From the NCBI GenBank assembly GCA_009777255.1, contig WRMG01000003.1, positions 1-58,890 on the forward strand: DNA of 58,890 bases, given 5' to 3'. A program made the translations under genes and the position numbers. The notes beneath the pieces were generated by a model. That model was given only the letters and a program-made list of their open reading frames with translations, was not told the DNA's origin and searched no databases. Source of the stretch: Oscillospiraceae bacterium (lineage in GTDB: Bacteria > Bacillota > Clostridia > Oscillospirales > UBA929). Of the stretch, positions 31,916-42,300 are shown in pieces (within the stretch, counting starts at the first letter, position 1; every line of letters starts with the position of its first letter).

Positions 31916-33142
31916 ATGAAAAAACTTTTCGCTCTTGCGCTTGCCGCCCTCATGCTCACAGCGCTGCTCGCGGCGTGCGCCACCGGTGGCGGAGGCTCCG
32001 GTTCAGGTGGCATCACCAAAGAAAACATCACCCTCAAATTCTGGGAATCCGAGACCGAAGGCAGCGTATTTATGAACTACGCGGCCGAAGAGTTCACCAA
32101 GCTGTACCCCAACATCACCTTTGAGTTCGAGCCTGTAGCTCACGTTGACGCCACGCAGAAAATAGTGCTGGACGGCCCTGCCGGCGTCGGCCCTGATCTG
32201 TACGCCATCCCGCATGACATGCTGGGTGCCAATGCCAACGGCGGCGTCGCGCTGCCCAACCCCAACCCCGACTACATAAAGAACAACTTTGTGGATGCCG
32301 CGGTTACGGGCGCCACTTTCGGCGGGACTGTTTACGGGTATCCGCTGGCCATTGAAACCTATGCGCTGTTCTACAACAAAGACCTTCTGCCCGAGCCGCC
32401 CAAGACATGGGACGAGGTCATATCGTTCGCGCAGGGTTACAACGATCCCTCGCAGAACAAATACGCCATTGTCTGGGAACCCAGCAACGCGTATTTCAGC
32501 TATATCTTCTTCAGCGGCTTCGGCTCGTCGCTGTTCGGACCCAACGGCGACGACAAGACCCAGCATAGCATCAACGCGCCCAATACCATCAGAGGTGTTG
32601 AATTCTTCAAGAGCATCAGGAACATACTGGACGTTCCTTCCGGCGACCTGAGCGGCGACTTCTGCAACAGCGCGTTTGAGTCGGGTCTTGCCGCGATGTA
32701 TCTTGTCGGCCCGTGGCGTATCCCCGACTGTAAGGAGTCCGGCATTAACTTCGGCATAACGACCATTCCCGTTTTCCCCGGCGAGTCCTCACCGCCGGCC
32801 TCTTTCTCCGGCGTGCGCCTGATGGTTATTTCGGCGTATTCCAAGTATCCCGAGGAGACGGCGCTGTTCGCCGAATTTGTAACCTCTAATGAAATGGCAC
32901 TAAAACGCTTTGAGATGCTCGACCAGATTCCGGCCCGCAACGACGTCACGATCGACGACGAGTATTCCGCCGGTATTCTGGCCCAGGCCGAATACGCGTT
33001 CCCGATGCCCTCCATCGACGAGATGGGCCAGTACTGGCAGACCATGGGCGCCGCTTACGCCAATGTCTGGGACGGCAGCGATCCCAAGACTGAGCTTGAC
33101 GCGGCGGCGGCCGTAATGGAGGCCACAATAGCGGGAGGCTAA
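31916..33142 (+). CDS. sugar (maltodextrin-type) ABC substrate-binding lipoprotein
   Basis: Lipobox LLAAC plus Gly/Ser linker. MalE-like SBP_bac_1 sequence. AAGGAGGA RBS. Confidence 0.85.
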   Translation: MKKLFALALAALMLTALLAACATGGGGSGSGGITKENITLKFWESETEGSVFMNYAAEEFTKLYPNITFEFEPVAHVDATQKIVLDGPAGVGPDLYAIPHDMLGANANGGVALPNPNPDYIKNNFVDAAVTGATFGGTVYGYPLAIETYALFYNKDLLPEPPKTWDEVISFAQGYNDPSQNKYAIVWEPSNAYFSYIFFSGFGSSLFGPNGDDKTQHSINAPNTIRGVEFFKSIRNILDVPSGDLSGDFCNSAFESGLAAMYLVGPWRIPDCKESGINFGITTIPVFPGESSPPASFSGVRLMVISAYSKYPEETALFAEFVTSNEMALKRFEMLDQIPARNDVTIDDEYSAGILAQAEYAFPMPSIDEMGQYWQTMGAAYANVWDGSDPKTELDAAAAVMEATIAGG

Positions 33143-33161
33143 ACTGTAAACTGAATCGCGG

Positions 33162-33185
33162 GGGGACGCCATAAGCGGCGTTCCC
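33162..33185 (+). other. intercistronic stem-loop after the SBP gene
   Basis: GGGGACGCC ataagc GGCGTTCCC (9 bp including one G-T). The minus-strand reading GTGAGGGAACGCC... resembles the GTAGGG repeat heads. Confidence 0.6.
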
Positions 33186-33215
33186 TCACGACATTTAATT
33201 AGGAGGTCTGTTTTT

Positions 33216-34610
33216 ATGGATGTCCCCCTGAAAAAAACGGATGTTTCGCTGCGTAAAAAAGCGCTGATAACCGGCATACTGTTCATGGGGCTGGGGCATA
33301 TACTTTTTCTGAAACAGCAGGTCAAGGGCGCGGTTTATATGGTGACCGAGCTTGCGGCGCTATTTTTTATCGCGTTTGAAACGACTGCCGCGGGGCTTAG
33401 CCTCAACTTCAACGGGATTCTCATCAGGGGCATACGGGGGTTCATTACGTTAGGCGTTTTCGACCCGAGCCTTCCCGTTACGGAACGCGATCATTCTATT
33501 TTCATTATGATCGACGGGCTTATCTGCATCGTGGTGCTGGTGCTGCTGATCGCTATTTACGCGCTGTCCATCCGCGATACACTGAAAATCACTGCGGATT
33601 ACGAAAATACCGGCAAGCTCTCCGGCAACAAAGAGTTTTTGCACACGGTTTCGGACAGGGCGTTCCCGTCAATCGGGCTGTCGCCGGTGATAATACTTTT
33701 GACGTTCTTTGTCATCCTGCCGATACTGTTCTCGTTCTTCATCGCGTTTACGAACTACTCTTATCCCGACAATATCCCGCCCGCGAACAAGGTGGACTGG
33801 GTGGGAATCAAGAACTTTGTCGATTTGTTCGGAGGCAGCTCGGCAATGTCGATGTGGTCAACCGCGCTGGGCCGCGTTTTGGCATGGACGCTCATATGGG
33901 GCGTGACGAGTACGGCGTGCGTTTATTTCTGCGGTATGTTCATGGCGATCTCGCTTCTTAACAGGGATATAAAGATCGCGCCGTTTTTCCGCGGGATTTT
34001 TATCCTGCCGTATGCCGTTCCCGCAACGCTGAGCCTTATGGTGTGGTCGAACCTGTTAAACGGCACCTTCGGGCCGCTTAACCAGATGCTTATGGCGGTG
34101 GGGATAATAGACAGAAACATACCGTGGCTCACCGACCCGAACATCGCCAAGGTTTCCATGATACTCGCCAACACATGGACGGGGTTCCCGTATCACATGC
34201 TGATGGTGACCAGCATAATGACGTCGATCTCGCCGGATATATACGAGGCCGCGAGCATCGACGGCGCTTCGCAGTGGCAGAAGACCGCCAAGATAACCAT
34301 GCCGCTGGTTCTGACCCAGACGCTGCCGCTGATAATAATGTCGTTTACTTACAACATAAACAATTTCGGCGCGGCGTTCTTCCTGTTCATGGGCGCCGGC
34401 GCGACGGTCGGCCCGCCGGCCGCCGATACGGTCTCCACAAACGCCAACTCGGTGGACATCGTCGTCTCATGGATATACAAGCTGACCCTGAACAATCCGC
34501 AGAAGTTCCAATACGCCGCGGTGCTGGCGGTGCTGGTGTTCGTTATACTTACGCCGTTCGCCATATGGAACTATACGCGCACAAAATCATATAAGGAGAG
34601 TGATTTATAA
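33216..34610 (+). CDS. sugar ABC transporter permease (MalF-like)
   Basis: 464 aa polytopic protein with an EAA-type loop (YEAASIDGASQWQKTAKITMP). Confidence 0.88.
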   Translation: MDVPLKKTDVSLRKKALITGILFMGLGHILFLKQQVKGAVYMVTELAALFFIAFETTAAGLSLNFNGILIRGIRGFITLGVFDPSLPVTERDHSIFIMIDGLICIVVLVLLIAIYALSIRDTLKITADYENTGKLSGNKEFLHTVSDRAFPSIGLSPVIILLTFFVILPILFSFFIAFTNYSYPDNIPPANKVDWVGIKNFVDLFGGSSAMSMWSTALGRVLAWTLIWGVTSTACVYFCGMFMAISLLNRDIKIAPFFRGIFILPYAVPATLSLMVWSNLLNGTFGPLNQMLMAVGIIDRNIPWLTDPNIAKVSMILANTWTGFPYHMLMVTSIMTSISPDIYEAASIDGASQWQKTAKITMPLVLTQTLPLIIMSFTYNINNFGAAFFLFMGAGATVGPPAADTVSTNANSVDIVVSWIYKLTLNNPQKFQYAAVLAVLVFVILTPFAIWNYTRTKSYKESDL

Positions 34611-35458
34611 TGGTCAGGAGTTTATCTTGGCGCCGCATCCTCAATGTGGCTATGATCCATATCATACTTCTGGCGGTCGTGGTCGTCATTATCTATCCTC
34701 TGCTGTATGTTGTGGGCAGCGCGTTCTCGCCGGTATCAAGCCTTCAGGGCATCGGCATAAACCCGTTTTCACAGGCGCCCACGCTCTTGCAGTTCAGAAA
34801 GCTGTTTAACGAAACCAATTACCTGACATGGTACAGGAACACCCTCACAATCGCCGTAATGGTAAGCATCGCCACTCTGATTATCACCAGCACGGCCGCG
34901 TATATCTTCTCGCGCTTCAAGTTCCTGATGCGCAAGCAGCTTATGGTTTCGTTCCTGGTGTTTCAGATATTCCCGAGCTTTGTCGGGATGGTGGCTATCT
35001 ATATCCTGCTGCTGCGTATCGGCGGACTGGACACTAAATGGGGGCTGGCGCTGGTTTACATCGCGGGCAACATCCCGTATAACACATGGCTTGTCAAGAG
35101 CTATATGGACAGCATCCCCAAGAGCTTTGACGAAGCGGCCCGTATTGACGGCGCGTCGAACTTTGTGGCTTACACCCGTATCATACTGCCCATAGCAAAG
35201 CCGATACTGACATTCCTGCTCATCACCAGCTTTACCGGCCCGTGGATGGACTTTATCATCCCGCGCCTTGTGCTGCGCAGCGACAAACAGTTCACGCTGG
35301 CGCTGGGGCTGTTTAACCTGATCAACGGCAGAGCCGCAAACAACTATACCATGTTCGCGGCGGGCGCGCTGCTTGTCGCCGTCCCGTTTGTGGCGCTGTT
35401 CCTTATAGGGCAGAAATCGCTGCTGACCGCGCTGGGCGCCGCCGGAGTTAAAGAATAA
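34610..35458 (+). CDS. sugar ABC transporter permease (MalG-like)
   Basis: EAA loop FDEAARIDGASNFVAYTRIILP. The start overlaps the upstream stop. Confidence 0.88.
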   Translation: MVRSLSWRRILNVAMIHIILLAVVVVIIYPLLYVVGSAFSPVSSLQGIGINPFSQAPTLLQFRKLFNETNYLTWYRNTLTIAVMVSIATLIITSTAAYIFSRFKFLMRKQLMVSFLVFQIFPSFVGMVAIYILLLRIGGLDTKWGLALVYIAGNIPYNTWLVKSYMDSIPKSFDEAARIDGASNFVAYTRIILPIAKPILTFLLITSFTGPWMDFIIPRLVLRSDKQFTLALGLFNLINGRAANNYTMFAAGALLVAVPFVALFLIGQKSLLTALGAAGVKE

Positions 35459-36999
35459 TGTTAAAACCAAAGAAAAGCATTGCGTTAATTGTTGTCCTGC
35501 TTATGGTGCTGTCGGCGTGTTCGCCGGCAGCACCTGCGGCTGGGGAGCGTTTGGCCCGGGGCGCGAAGCAGGGCACATACTACGAGGTGTTCGTGCGCGC
35601 GTTCGCCGACAGCGACGGCGACGGGATCGGCGACTTTGCCGGGCTTGCCGGAAAGATGGATTATTTTTCCGATATGGGCATAACGGGGCTGTGGCTTATG
35701 CCGGTGTTCGAGTCGCCGTCATACCACGGCTATGACACCACCGACTACTACAAAATAAACTCAGACTACGGCACGATGGAGGACTTCGAGGCGTTTATCG
35801 CGGCGGCGGACGAGCGCGGCATCGCCGTTATACTTGATCTGGTGGTAAACCATTCCTCAACGCGAAACGAGTGGTTTATTCAGTCGCGCGGCCCTGACAG
35901 CCCGTACCGCGATTGGTATTACTGGTCCGATGACGGCGAGGATGTAAACCTGAGCGCCTCGTTTTACGGCAACAGGGTGTGGAACCAAACCTCCTCAGGC
36001 TACTACGCGGGCCTGTTTTGGGGCGAAATGCCCGACCTTAACCTTGATAACCCCGAGGTTCGCGCCGAGATAAAGCGGATAGCCGAGTTCTGGCTGGGAA
36101 AGGGCGTGTCCGGTTTTCGGCTCGACGCCGCAATGCACGTGTTCAACAGCGGCAAGCTGCCGATGGGCTCCGGCCTGAATCAGGAGGAAAAAAGCCTCGA
36201 GTGGTGGACGGAGTTCGCCGAGTTCTGCCGAGGGATAGATCCCGACTGCTATATAGTGGGCGAGATTTGGGCGGCGTCCGCCACCCGCGCGGCGTATACC
36301 GCCGCGCTGGACAGCGCGTTTCATTTCGACATGGGCGAAACGCTGGCGCGTACGGTTGTGCGCGGCAGCGACGCGGGCAACGCGTTTGCAAAATATATGA
36401 AATCGGAGTATAATAGACTCAGCGGCGTTAACCCCAACGCTATCGACGCGCCGTTCCTGTCCAACCACGACCAGAACCGTATCAGCACCATGCTGAGAAA
36501 CGACCCCGAAAACCTTAAAATGGCGGCCAATATCTATCTGACCTTGCAGGGCTTGCCGTTTGTCTATTACGGCGAGGAGCTGGGCATGATCGGCGGCAAG
36601 CCCGACGAGAATATCAGGACGCCGTTTTTGTGGGGCGCGGACGACCCCGCGCTGACCTCATGGCACAGCACCGTCTACAACGACAATGTCGCTTCGTATG
36701 CCGAGCAGTCGAAGGATTCAAATTCGCTGCTCAACCGCTATAAGGCGCTTATACGGCTCAGGGCGGCGACGCCCGCGCTGTTCGCCGGAACGCTTGAGCC
36801 CGTGGATTCGGGCAGCGACGCGGTTATGGCATATACGATGACCGCGCCGGAACAGACCGTTCTGGTGCTGCACAACCTGTCAAAGGAGCGGCAGACGCTG
36901 GAGCTTGACGGCTCGGGCACGGTGATTTTCGGCGAGGGAAGGGCGGGCGCTAACGGCATAACGCTGGAGCCGCAGAGTTCACTGATCATTGAGAGGTGA
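35458..36999 (+). CDS. secreted GH13 alpha-amylase-family lipoprotein
   Basis: Lipobox VLSAC. GH13 regions DLVVNH, GFRLDAAMH, GEIW, FLSNHD. Confidence 0.88.
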   Translation: MLKPKKSIALIVVLLMVLSACSPAAPAAGERLARGAKQGTYYEVFVRAFADSDGDGIGDFAGLAGKMDYFSDMGITGLWLMPVFESPSYHGYDTTDYYKINSDYGTMEDFEAFIAAADERGIAVILDLVVNHSSTRNEWFIQSRGPDSPYRDWYYWSDDGEDVNLSASFYGNRVWNQTSSGYYAGLFWGEMPDLNLDNPEVRAEIKRIAEFWLGKGVSGFRLDAAMHVFNSGKLPMGSGLNQEEKSLEWWTEFAEFCRGIDPDCYIVGEIWAASATRAAYTAALDSAFHFDMGETLARTVVRGSDAGNAFAKYMKSEYNRLSGVNPNAIDAPFLSNHDQNRISTMLRNDPENLKMAANIYLTLQGLPFVYYGEELGMIGGKPDENIRTPFLWGADDPALTSWHSTVYNDNVASYAEQSKDSNSLLNRYKALIRLRAATPALFAGTLEPVDSGSDAVMAYTMTAPEQTVLVLHNLSKERQTLELDGSGTVIFGEGRAGANGITLEPQSSLIIER

Positions 37000-37004
37000 T
37001 TGTG

Positions 37005-40000
37005 ATGAAAAAACATGTGTTGTCATTATTGCTGGCGGCGCTGATTGTCGCCGCGTTTGTGCCGCTCGCGCAGTCGTCGCCGGTGACGGTGACGATCCAC
37101 TACCACCGCGACGACGGCGACTATGAAAAATGGAATATATGGTCATGGGTGACGGACGGCTCGGCTTACCCCTTTACAGATGAGGATAAATTTGGTATGA
37201 TAGCCGAGATAACCCTCGACAACCCGAATAACGCGCCGGTCGGGTTTATAGTGCGCACGGACTCATGGGAAAAGGACGTTCAGGAGGACAGGTTTATCGA
37301 CCTTGCCAAAGGGAGTGAGATTTGGGTGTTTTCAGGAGAATCCGAGTTTTATTACGAGGCGCCGCCGGGCTATGAGCCGGACGCCCGCGACTTTGAGAAC
37401 TTCACGCTGGATTTCAGCTATTTCCGCTATGACGGCGATTACTCCGACGTCAGCCTGCACTTCAGGCGCGACGAGGGCGCGTCGGCACAGGAATATCTGC
37501 TGCCGCTGGCGCCCAACGAAAACGGCGCGGGCGTCGTCTATGAGTTCGGCGCGATGAGAGAGGCGCTTAACGCGACGGTATGGATAATGCGCGGCGACGA
37601 GGCCGTGGACTATAACGACACGGTGATCAACCTCACCCGCGCGGATGAGAACGAACGCCTTACGCTTTACGCCATGCAGGACACCGGCCTTATCTCCGCG
37701 GCCCCGTTCGATACTGAGCCCGCGATAACCTCGGCCACGATCGAGGGCAAAAATTCAATCAAGGTCACGACAAAATTCCCCATCAGCGCGGACAGGGAAT
37801 TTGTTATCATGTATTACGATACGCTTATGGCCGCGCGCTCCAATATCACATCGGGATATACCGACACATTTTGGCTGACATCGGAATGGGATTTGGATTT
37901 CGCGTCGGAATACAGCCTGTACACCAATGAGTTCGAGGCTGTTCCGATAACGCTTGGAAACGTGTTCGACAGCGAGGAGTTTGAACGCATGTTCACCTAT
38001 AACGGCGAGCTTGGCGTGGTCTACACCGACGACAAGGTGACGTTTACGCTCTGGGCGCCCACGGCGGCAAAAGCCAACGTGCTGCTGTATGACACGGGGC
38101 GGGTGACGCCGAACAGCGAGGACCCGCGGCGAGGCATTGAGATGACGCGCGGTGATAACGGCACATGGTACGCCGAGGCGGCGCCCGGGGAGTACGGCCT
38201 GCTGAAGGGCAAGTTTTATACCTATCAGGTGCTGATCGGCGGCGAGTGGCGCGAAGCCGTTGACCCGTATGCCAACGCCGTCGGCGTGAACGGTATGCGC
38301 GGGCAAATCATCGACCTGAAGGACACCGACCCCTCTGGCTGGGACGCCGACAAGCGGTTCGCGCTGAGCAATCCGGTGGACGCGGTCATCTATGAGCTGC
38401 ATGTGCGCGACCTGTCCACGCACGAGTCGTCGGGTATTGTCAACAGGGGCAAATTCCTCGGCATCGCCGAAACAGGCACCGTTTCCCCCGCCGGCGAGAA
38501 AACCGGGCTTGACCATATCATCGACTTGGGCGTAACGCATGTGCATTTGCTGCCCTCTTATGACTACAGGACAGTAAACGAGCTGTACCCCGAGGACGAG
38601 GAGTTCAACTGGGGCTATGACCCGCAGAACTACAACGCGCCAGAGGGCTCCTATTCCACCGACGCCCACGACGGCGCGGTGCGCGTGGCGGAGTTTAAGC
38701 AGATGGTAAAGACGCTGCACGACAACGGTATAGGCGTTGTTATGGATGTTGTGTATAACCATGTGTACGACGCCGAATCCAGCAGCTTTAACCAGCTTGT
38801 GCCGGGCTATTATTTCCGCGTGAGGCCGGACGGGACCTATTCCAACGGCTCGGGCTGCGGAAACGAAACGGCGTCGGAGCGCGCGATGATGCGTAAATTT
38901 ATGGTTGACTCCGTTGTTTACTGGGCGAGCGAATACCATATCGACGGGTTCAGGTTCGACCTGATGGGCCTGCACGACATCGAAACGATGAACCTTATCC
39001 GCGCCGAGCTGGATAAAATCGACCCCTCCATCATGGTCTACGGAGAGGGCTGGACCGGCGGCGGCACGCCGCTGCCCGACCCGCAGCAGGCGCTGAAGAA
39101 AAATGTGCCGTTCCTGCACGACCGCGTCGCGGCGTTCAGCGACGATATACGCGACGGCATAAAGGGCAGCGTGTTCAACCATGAGGAGCCGGGCTTTGTC
39201 AACGGAAACCCGCGCCGCTCGGAGGATATACGGTTCGGCGTTGCGGCGTCGGTACAGCATCCGCAGGTGAATATAACAAACGTCAGCTACTCCGACAGCT
39301 TCTGGGCAAACCAGCCGTCGCAGACAATAAGCTACGCGTCGGCGCATGACAACCTCACGCTCTGGGACAAGCTGCAAGCGACGAATCCCAACGCGGACGA
39401 CAGGGAGCTTGCGGCCATGAACAGGCTTTCGGCCGCCATTGTTCTTACTTCGCAGGGGATACCGTTCTTTCAGGCGGGCGAGGAGATGGCCAGAACGAAG
39501 CGCGGCGACGAAAATAGCTACAAATCCCCCGACAGAGTCAATCAGCTCGATTGGGACAGGAAAAGCGAGTTTACAGACTTGTATAACTACTATAAAGGAC
39601 TAATAGAACTGCGTAAGGTGACATCAGAATTTCGCATGAGATCCGCCGATGAGATACGCGAAAAAATAAAGTTTTTCGACGTCGCGGAGGGCGTCGTTGC
39701 GTATACGATCGGCGACAATATCTGCGTGGTTTTCAACGGCGGAAATGAAACCGCGGCGGTCGGTCTGCCGGCGAGCGGCTGGGATATACTTGTAAACGAG
39801 GTGAAGGCCGGCACGGAACCGCTAGATTCGGTCGGAGTGACGCTGAACGCGGCGCCAAAAGGCGCGTATGTACTGACGAGAAACGCCGAAGTCCCCTCCG
39901 GCGCAACAAATCAGCCCGCCGTTATAGGGCCGGACGGGGAGTCTGACAACACCGTTATTCCGCCGCTGGGCTGGCTTGCGGTGGGCGCGGCGATACTCTT

Positions 40001-40052
40001 GGGCGCGGCGAGTATTGTATATTATCTGTTCAGAAAAAGGCGCAAGAAATAA
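37005..40052 (+). CDS. pulA: type I pullulanase (GH13) with N-terminal carbohydrate-binding modules and a C-terminal TM anchor
   Basis: Signal peptide. YNWGYDP, DVVYNH, GFRFDLMG, YGEGW and SAHDN motifs. C-terminus ...GWLAVGAAILLGAASIVYYLFRKRRKK. Confidence 0.9.
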   Translation: MKKHVLSLLLAALIVAAFVPLAQSSPVTVTIHYHRDDGDYEKWNIWSWVTDGSAYPFTDEDKFGMIAEITLDNPNNAPVGFIVRTDSWEKDVQEDRFIDLAKGSEIWVFSGESEFYYEAPPGYEPDARDFENFTLDFSYFRYDGDYSDVSLHFRRDEGASAQEYLLPLAPNENGAGVVYEFGAMREALNATVWIMRGDEAVDYNDTVINLTRADENERLTLYAMQDTGLISAAPFDTEPAITSATIEGKNSIKVTTKFPISADREFVIMYYDTLMAARSNITSGYTDTFWLTSEWDLDFASEYSLYTNEFEAVPITLGNVFDSEEFERMFTYNGELGVVYTDDKVTFTLWAPTAAKANVLLYDTGRVTPNSEDPRRGIEMTRGDNGTWYAEAAPGEYGLLKGKFYTYQVLIGGEWREAVDPYANAVGVNGMRGQIIDLKDTDPSGWDADKRFALSNPVDAVIYELHVRDLSTHESSGIVNRGKFLGIAETGTVSPAGEKTGLDHIIDLGVTHVHLLPSYDYRTVNELYPEDEEFNWGYDPQNYNAPEGSYSTDAHDGAVRVAEFKQMVKTLHDNGIGVVMDVVYNHVYDAESSSFNQLVPGYYFRVRPDGTYSNGSGCGNETASERAMMRKFMVDSVVYWASEYHIDGFRFDLMGLHDIETMNLIRAELDKIDPSIMVYGEGWTGGGTPLPDPQQALKKNVPFLHDRVAAFSDDIRDGIKGSVFNHEEPGFVNGNPRRSEDIRFGVAASVQHPQVNITNVSYSDSFWANQPSQTISYASAHDNLTLWDKLQATNPNADDRELAAMNRLSAAIVLTSQGIPFFQAGEEMARTKRGDENSYKSPDRVNQLDWDRKSEFTDLYNYYKGLIELRKVTSEFRMRSADEIREKIKFFDVAEGVVAYTIGDNICVVFNGGNETAAVGLPASGWDILVNEVKAGTEPLDSVGVTLNAAPKGAYVLTRNAEVPSGATNQPAVIGPDGESDNTVIPPLGWLAVGAAILLGAASIVYYLFRKRRKK

Positions 40053-40064
40053 GGGGAGAAGGAA

Positions 40065-40931
40065 ATGAAAAAAACGCTGGTTGTCATGGCCGCCGGATTG
40101 GGGAGCCGGTACGGCGGCCTTAAGCAAATCGAACCTGTCGGCGCAAACGGCGAGATACTCGCCGATTACGCCATATTCGACGCGAAACGCGCGGGGTTCA
40201 GCCGCGCCGTATGCGTGATTAAGCCTGAGCATGAGGCGGATTTCCGCGAGCTGTTCGAGAGGGTGGATTTCCCGATCGACTACGCGTATCAGGTCAATGA
40301 CCATGATCCGCCGCCCGAGCGGACGAAGCCTTGGGGTACGGGGCACGCGATTTTGTGCTGCCGGGGAGTTGTCAACGAGCCGTTTTGCGTTATTAACGCC
40401 GACGATTTTTATGGGCTGGAGGCGTATGAGGCCATATCGGGGTTCCTCTCGCGCGGCGGCGGGGATTATGTACTCGCGGGATACCGCGTGGAAACGACGC
40501 TGTCCGAGAGCGGAACCGTTACGCGCGGGGTCTGTCAGGTTGACGGCGGCAATAACCTGACCGATATACATGAGCGCCTGAAGCTGATAAGGGGCGCCGA
40601 CGGCGTTATACGTGATTTGGATTCAGGCGTGACCGTGCCGGACGGGTCGTTCGCGTCGATGAATATGTGGGGCTTTCATGTGTCGCTGTTTGACGGGCTG
40701 GACGGGCTGTTCGGGGAGTTTTTGAGTGAGAAACACGGGGATATTAAGGCCGAGTTTCTGCTTCCCACGGCGATAAATGATTTGATGACCGGCGGGCGCG
40801 TGAGCGTAAAAGTCCTGCCGGTGGACTGCAAGTGGTATGGGCTGACCTATAAAGAGGACCGCGCGCCGCTGATGGAGGCGATTAAGGGCATGACCGAGGC
40901 GGGGCGGTATCCCGCCAAGCTGTGGAAATAA
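40065..40931 (+). CDS. sugar-phosphate nucleotidyltransferase family protein
   Basis: N-terminal MAAGLGSRYGGLKQ nucleotide-binding loop. Substrate unknown. Confidence 0.7.
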   Translation: MKKTLVVMAAGLGSRYGGLKQIEPVGANGEILADYAIFDAKRAGFSRAVCVIKPEHEADFRELFERVDFPIDYAYQVNDHDPPPERTKPWGTGHAILCCRGVVNEPFCVINADDFYGLEAYEAISGFLSRGGGDYVLAGYRVETTLSESGTVTRGVCQVDGGNNLTDIHERLKLIRGADGVIRDLDSGVTVPDGSFASMNMWGFHVSLFDGLDGLFGEFLSEKHGDIKAEFLLPTAINDLMTGGRVSVKVLPVDCKWYGLTYKEDRAPLMEAIKGMTEAGRYPAKLWK

Positions 40932-41746
40932 TGCTGTATATCGTCGGGACGCCGATAGGGAATCTGGGAGATATGTCGCCGCGCGGTATCGAGACTTTGA
41001 AAAAGGCGGACTTTATTGCTGCGGAGGACACGCGCGTCACGCGGAAGCTGCTGAGCCGCTTTGATATTCATACGCCGATGATCAGCTATCACGAGCATAA
41101 CAGGCGCGAGAGCGGCGAGAAGATCGTCGCGCGGCTTTTGGGCGGAGAGGTGTGCGCGCTGGTTACAGACGCGGGGATGCCCGCGGTTAGTGACCCGGGC
41201 CGCGACTTGGTCGCCCTGTGCGCCGAAAGAAATATTCCGGTAACCGTCGTCCCCGGGCCTTGCGCCGTCACCGCCGCCGTGGCGCTGTCGGAGCTGGCCG
41301 GGGGGCGTTTTTGTTTCGAGGGGTTTTTAAGCACGGCGAAGAGGAACCGGCGCGAGCATCTGAAATCGCTGGAGCGCGAAGAACGTGTAATGGTATTCTA
41401 TGAGGCGCCGCATAAGCTGCTGAATACGCTGAGGGATATGCTCGCGCAGTTCGGCGAACGCAAAATAACGGTTGCGCGCGAGATGACAAAGCTGCATGAG
41501 GAGGTATACCGCGCCACGCTGTCCGCCGCGATAGAGCGGTATGAGCAAAGCCCGCCGAAAGGCGAGCTTGTTTTGGTTGTGCAGGGCGCGGCGCCGCCGG
41601 CCGGGGTTTCGGAGCCGCCGGTAGATCTGGCGCGGGAATATATTGATCAGGGGATGTCGCTGCGCGACGCCGTAAGGCGGGCGGCGGAGGAGACGGGGTT
41701 TTCGCGCTCGGAGCTGTATAGGCTGACGGTGGGGGGTTATCTGTAG
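40931..41746 (+). CDS. rsmI: 16S rRNA (cytidine1402-2'-O)-methyltransferase
   Basis: LYIVGTPIGNLGD...AEDTR N-terminus and tetrapyrrole-methylase fold. The ATG overlaps the upstream TAA by 1 nt. Confidence 0.9.
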   Translation: MLYIVGTPIGNLGDMSPRGIETLKKADFIAAEDTRVTRKLLSRFDIHTPMISYHEHNRRESGEKIVARLLGGEVCALVTDAGMPAVSDPGRDLVALCAERNIPVTVVPGPCAVTAAVALSELAGGRFCFEGFLSTAKRNRREHLKSLEREERVMVFYEAPHKLLNTLRDMLAQFGERKITVAREMTKLHEEVYRATLSAAIERYEQSPPKGELVLVVQGAAPPAGVSEPPVDLAREYIDQGMSLRDAVRRAAEETGFSRSELYRLTVGGYL

Positions 41747-41994
41747 TGCTTGCGGCATTTCGCAATTAGAATAGACCCGTTTTCTATGCTGTACACCAGG
41801 CGGTGTTCTTCGGTGATCCGACGGCTCCAGAAGCCCTCCAGGTCATGCTTCAGCGGTTCGGGCTTGCCGGTTCCCGAATGACCGTTGCGCTCGATGTCAC
41901 GGAGCAGCCCGTTTATCTTGCGCAGGATTTTACGGTCGGTTTCAACCCAGTGTTGATAATCCTCCCAAGCCATGTCGGAAAAAATCTTATTCAT
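41737..41994 (-). CDS. yoeB: YoeB/Txe-family toxin
   Basis: 85 aa. WEDYQHW...GKPEPLKHDL.GFWSRRI..EHRLVY is typical of YoeB. Confidence 0.9.
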   Translation of the reverse strand: MNKIFSDMAWEDYQHWVETDRKILRKINGLLRDIERNGHSGTGKPEPLKHDLEGFWSRRITEEHRLVYSIENGSILIAKCRKHYR

Positions 41995-42244
41995 CGCTGA
42001 CCAGTGTCCTTATTTTGCCGTTCCCCTGTTTGAGCTGTTCAACGGATTCAAGTAATCTCCGGTAGTCTTCCCTGTCGCTTCGGATATAAAGATTTTCCAT
42101 GAGGTTGTTGTATTCGGACTCCGACATCATAACAATATTTTCGTTCTGCTTGCGGGTTACGATTATGGTTTCAAAATCATGTACCGCCGCGTCGCAGAAT
42201 TTCTTAAAATTATCCCTTGCGTTTGAATAGTTCACCGCTATCAT
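41987..42244 (-). CDS. yefM: YefM/Phd-family antitoxin
   Basis: MIAVNYSNARDNFKKFCD...IIVTRK. It overlaps yoeB by 8 nt. The track's 42292 start adds an implausible extension. Confidence 0.88.
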   Translation of the reverse strand: MIAVNYSNARDNFKKFCDAAVHDFETIIVTRKQNENIVMMSESEYNNLMENLYIRSDREDYRRLLESVEQLKQGNGKIRTLVSDE

Positions 42245-42300
42245 TACATCGCCTCCCGAATATATTGTACAATATATTGAGCAATATGTCAAGGGGTATC

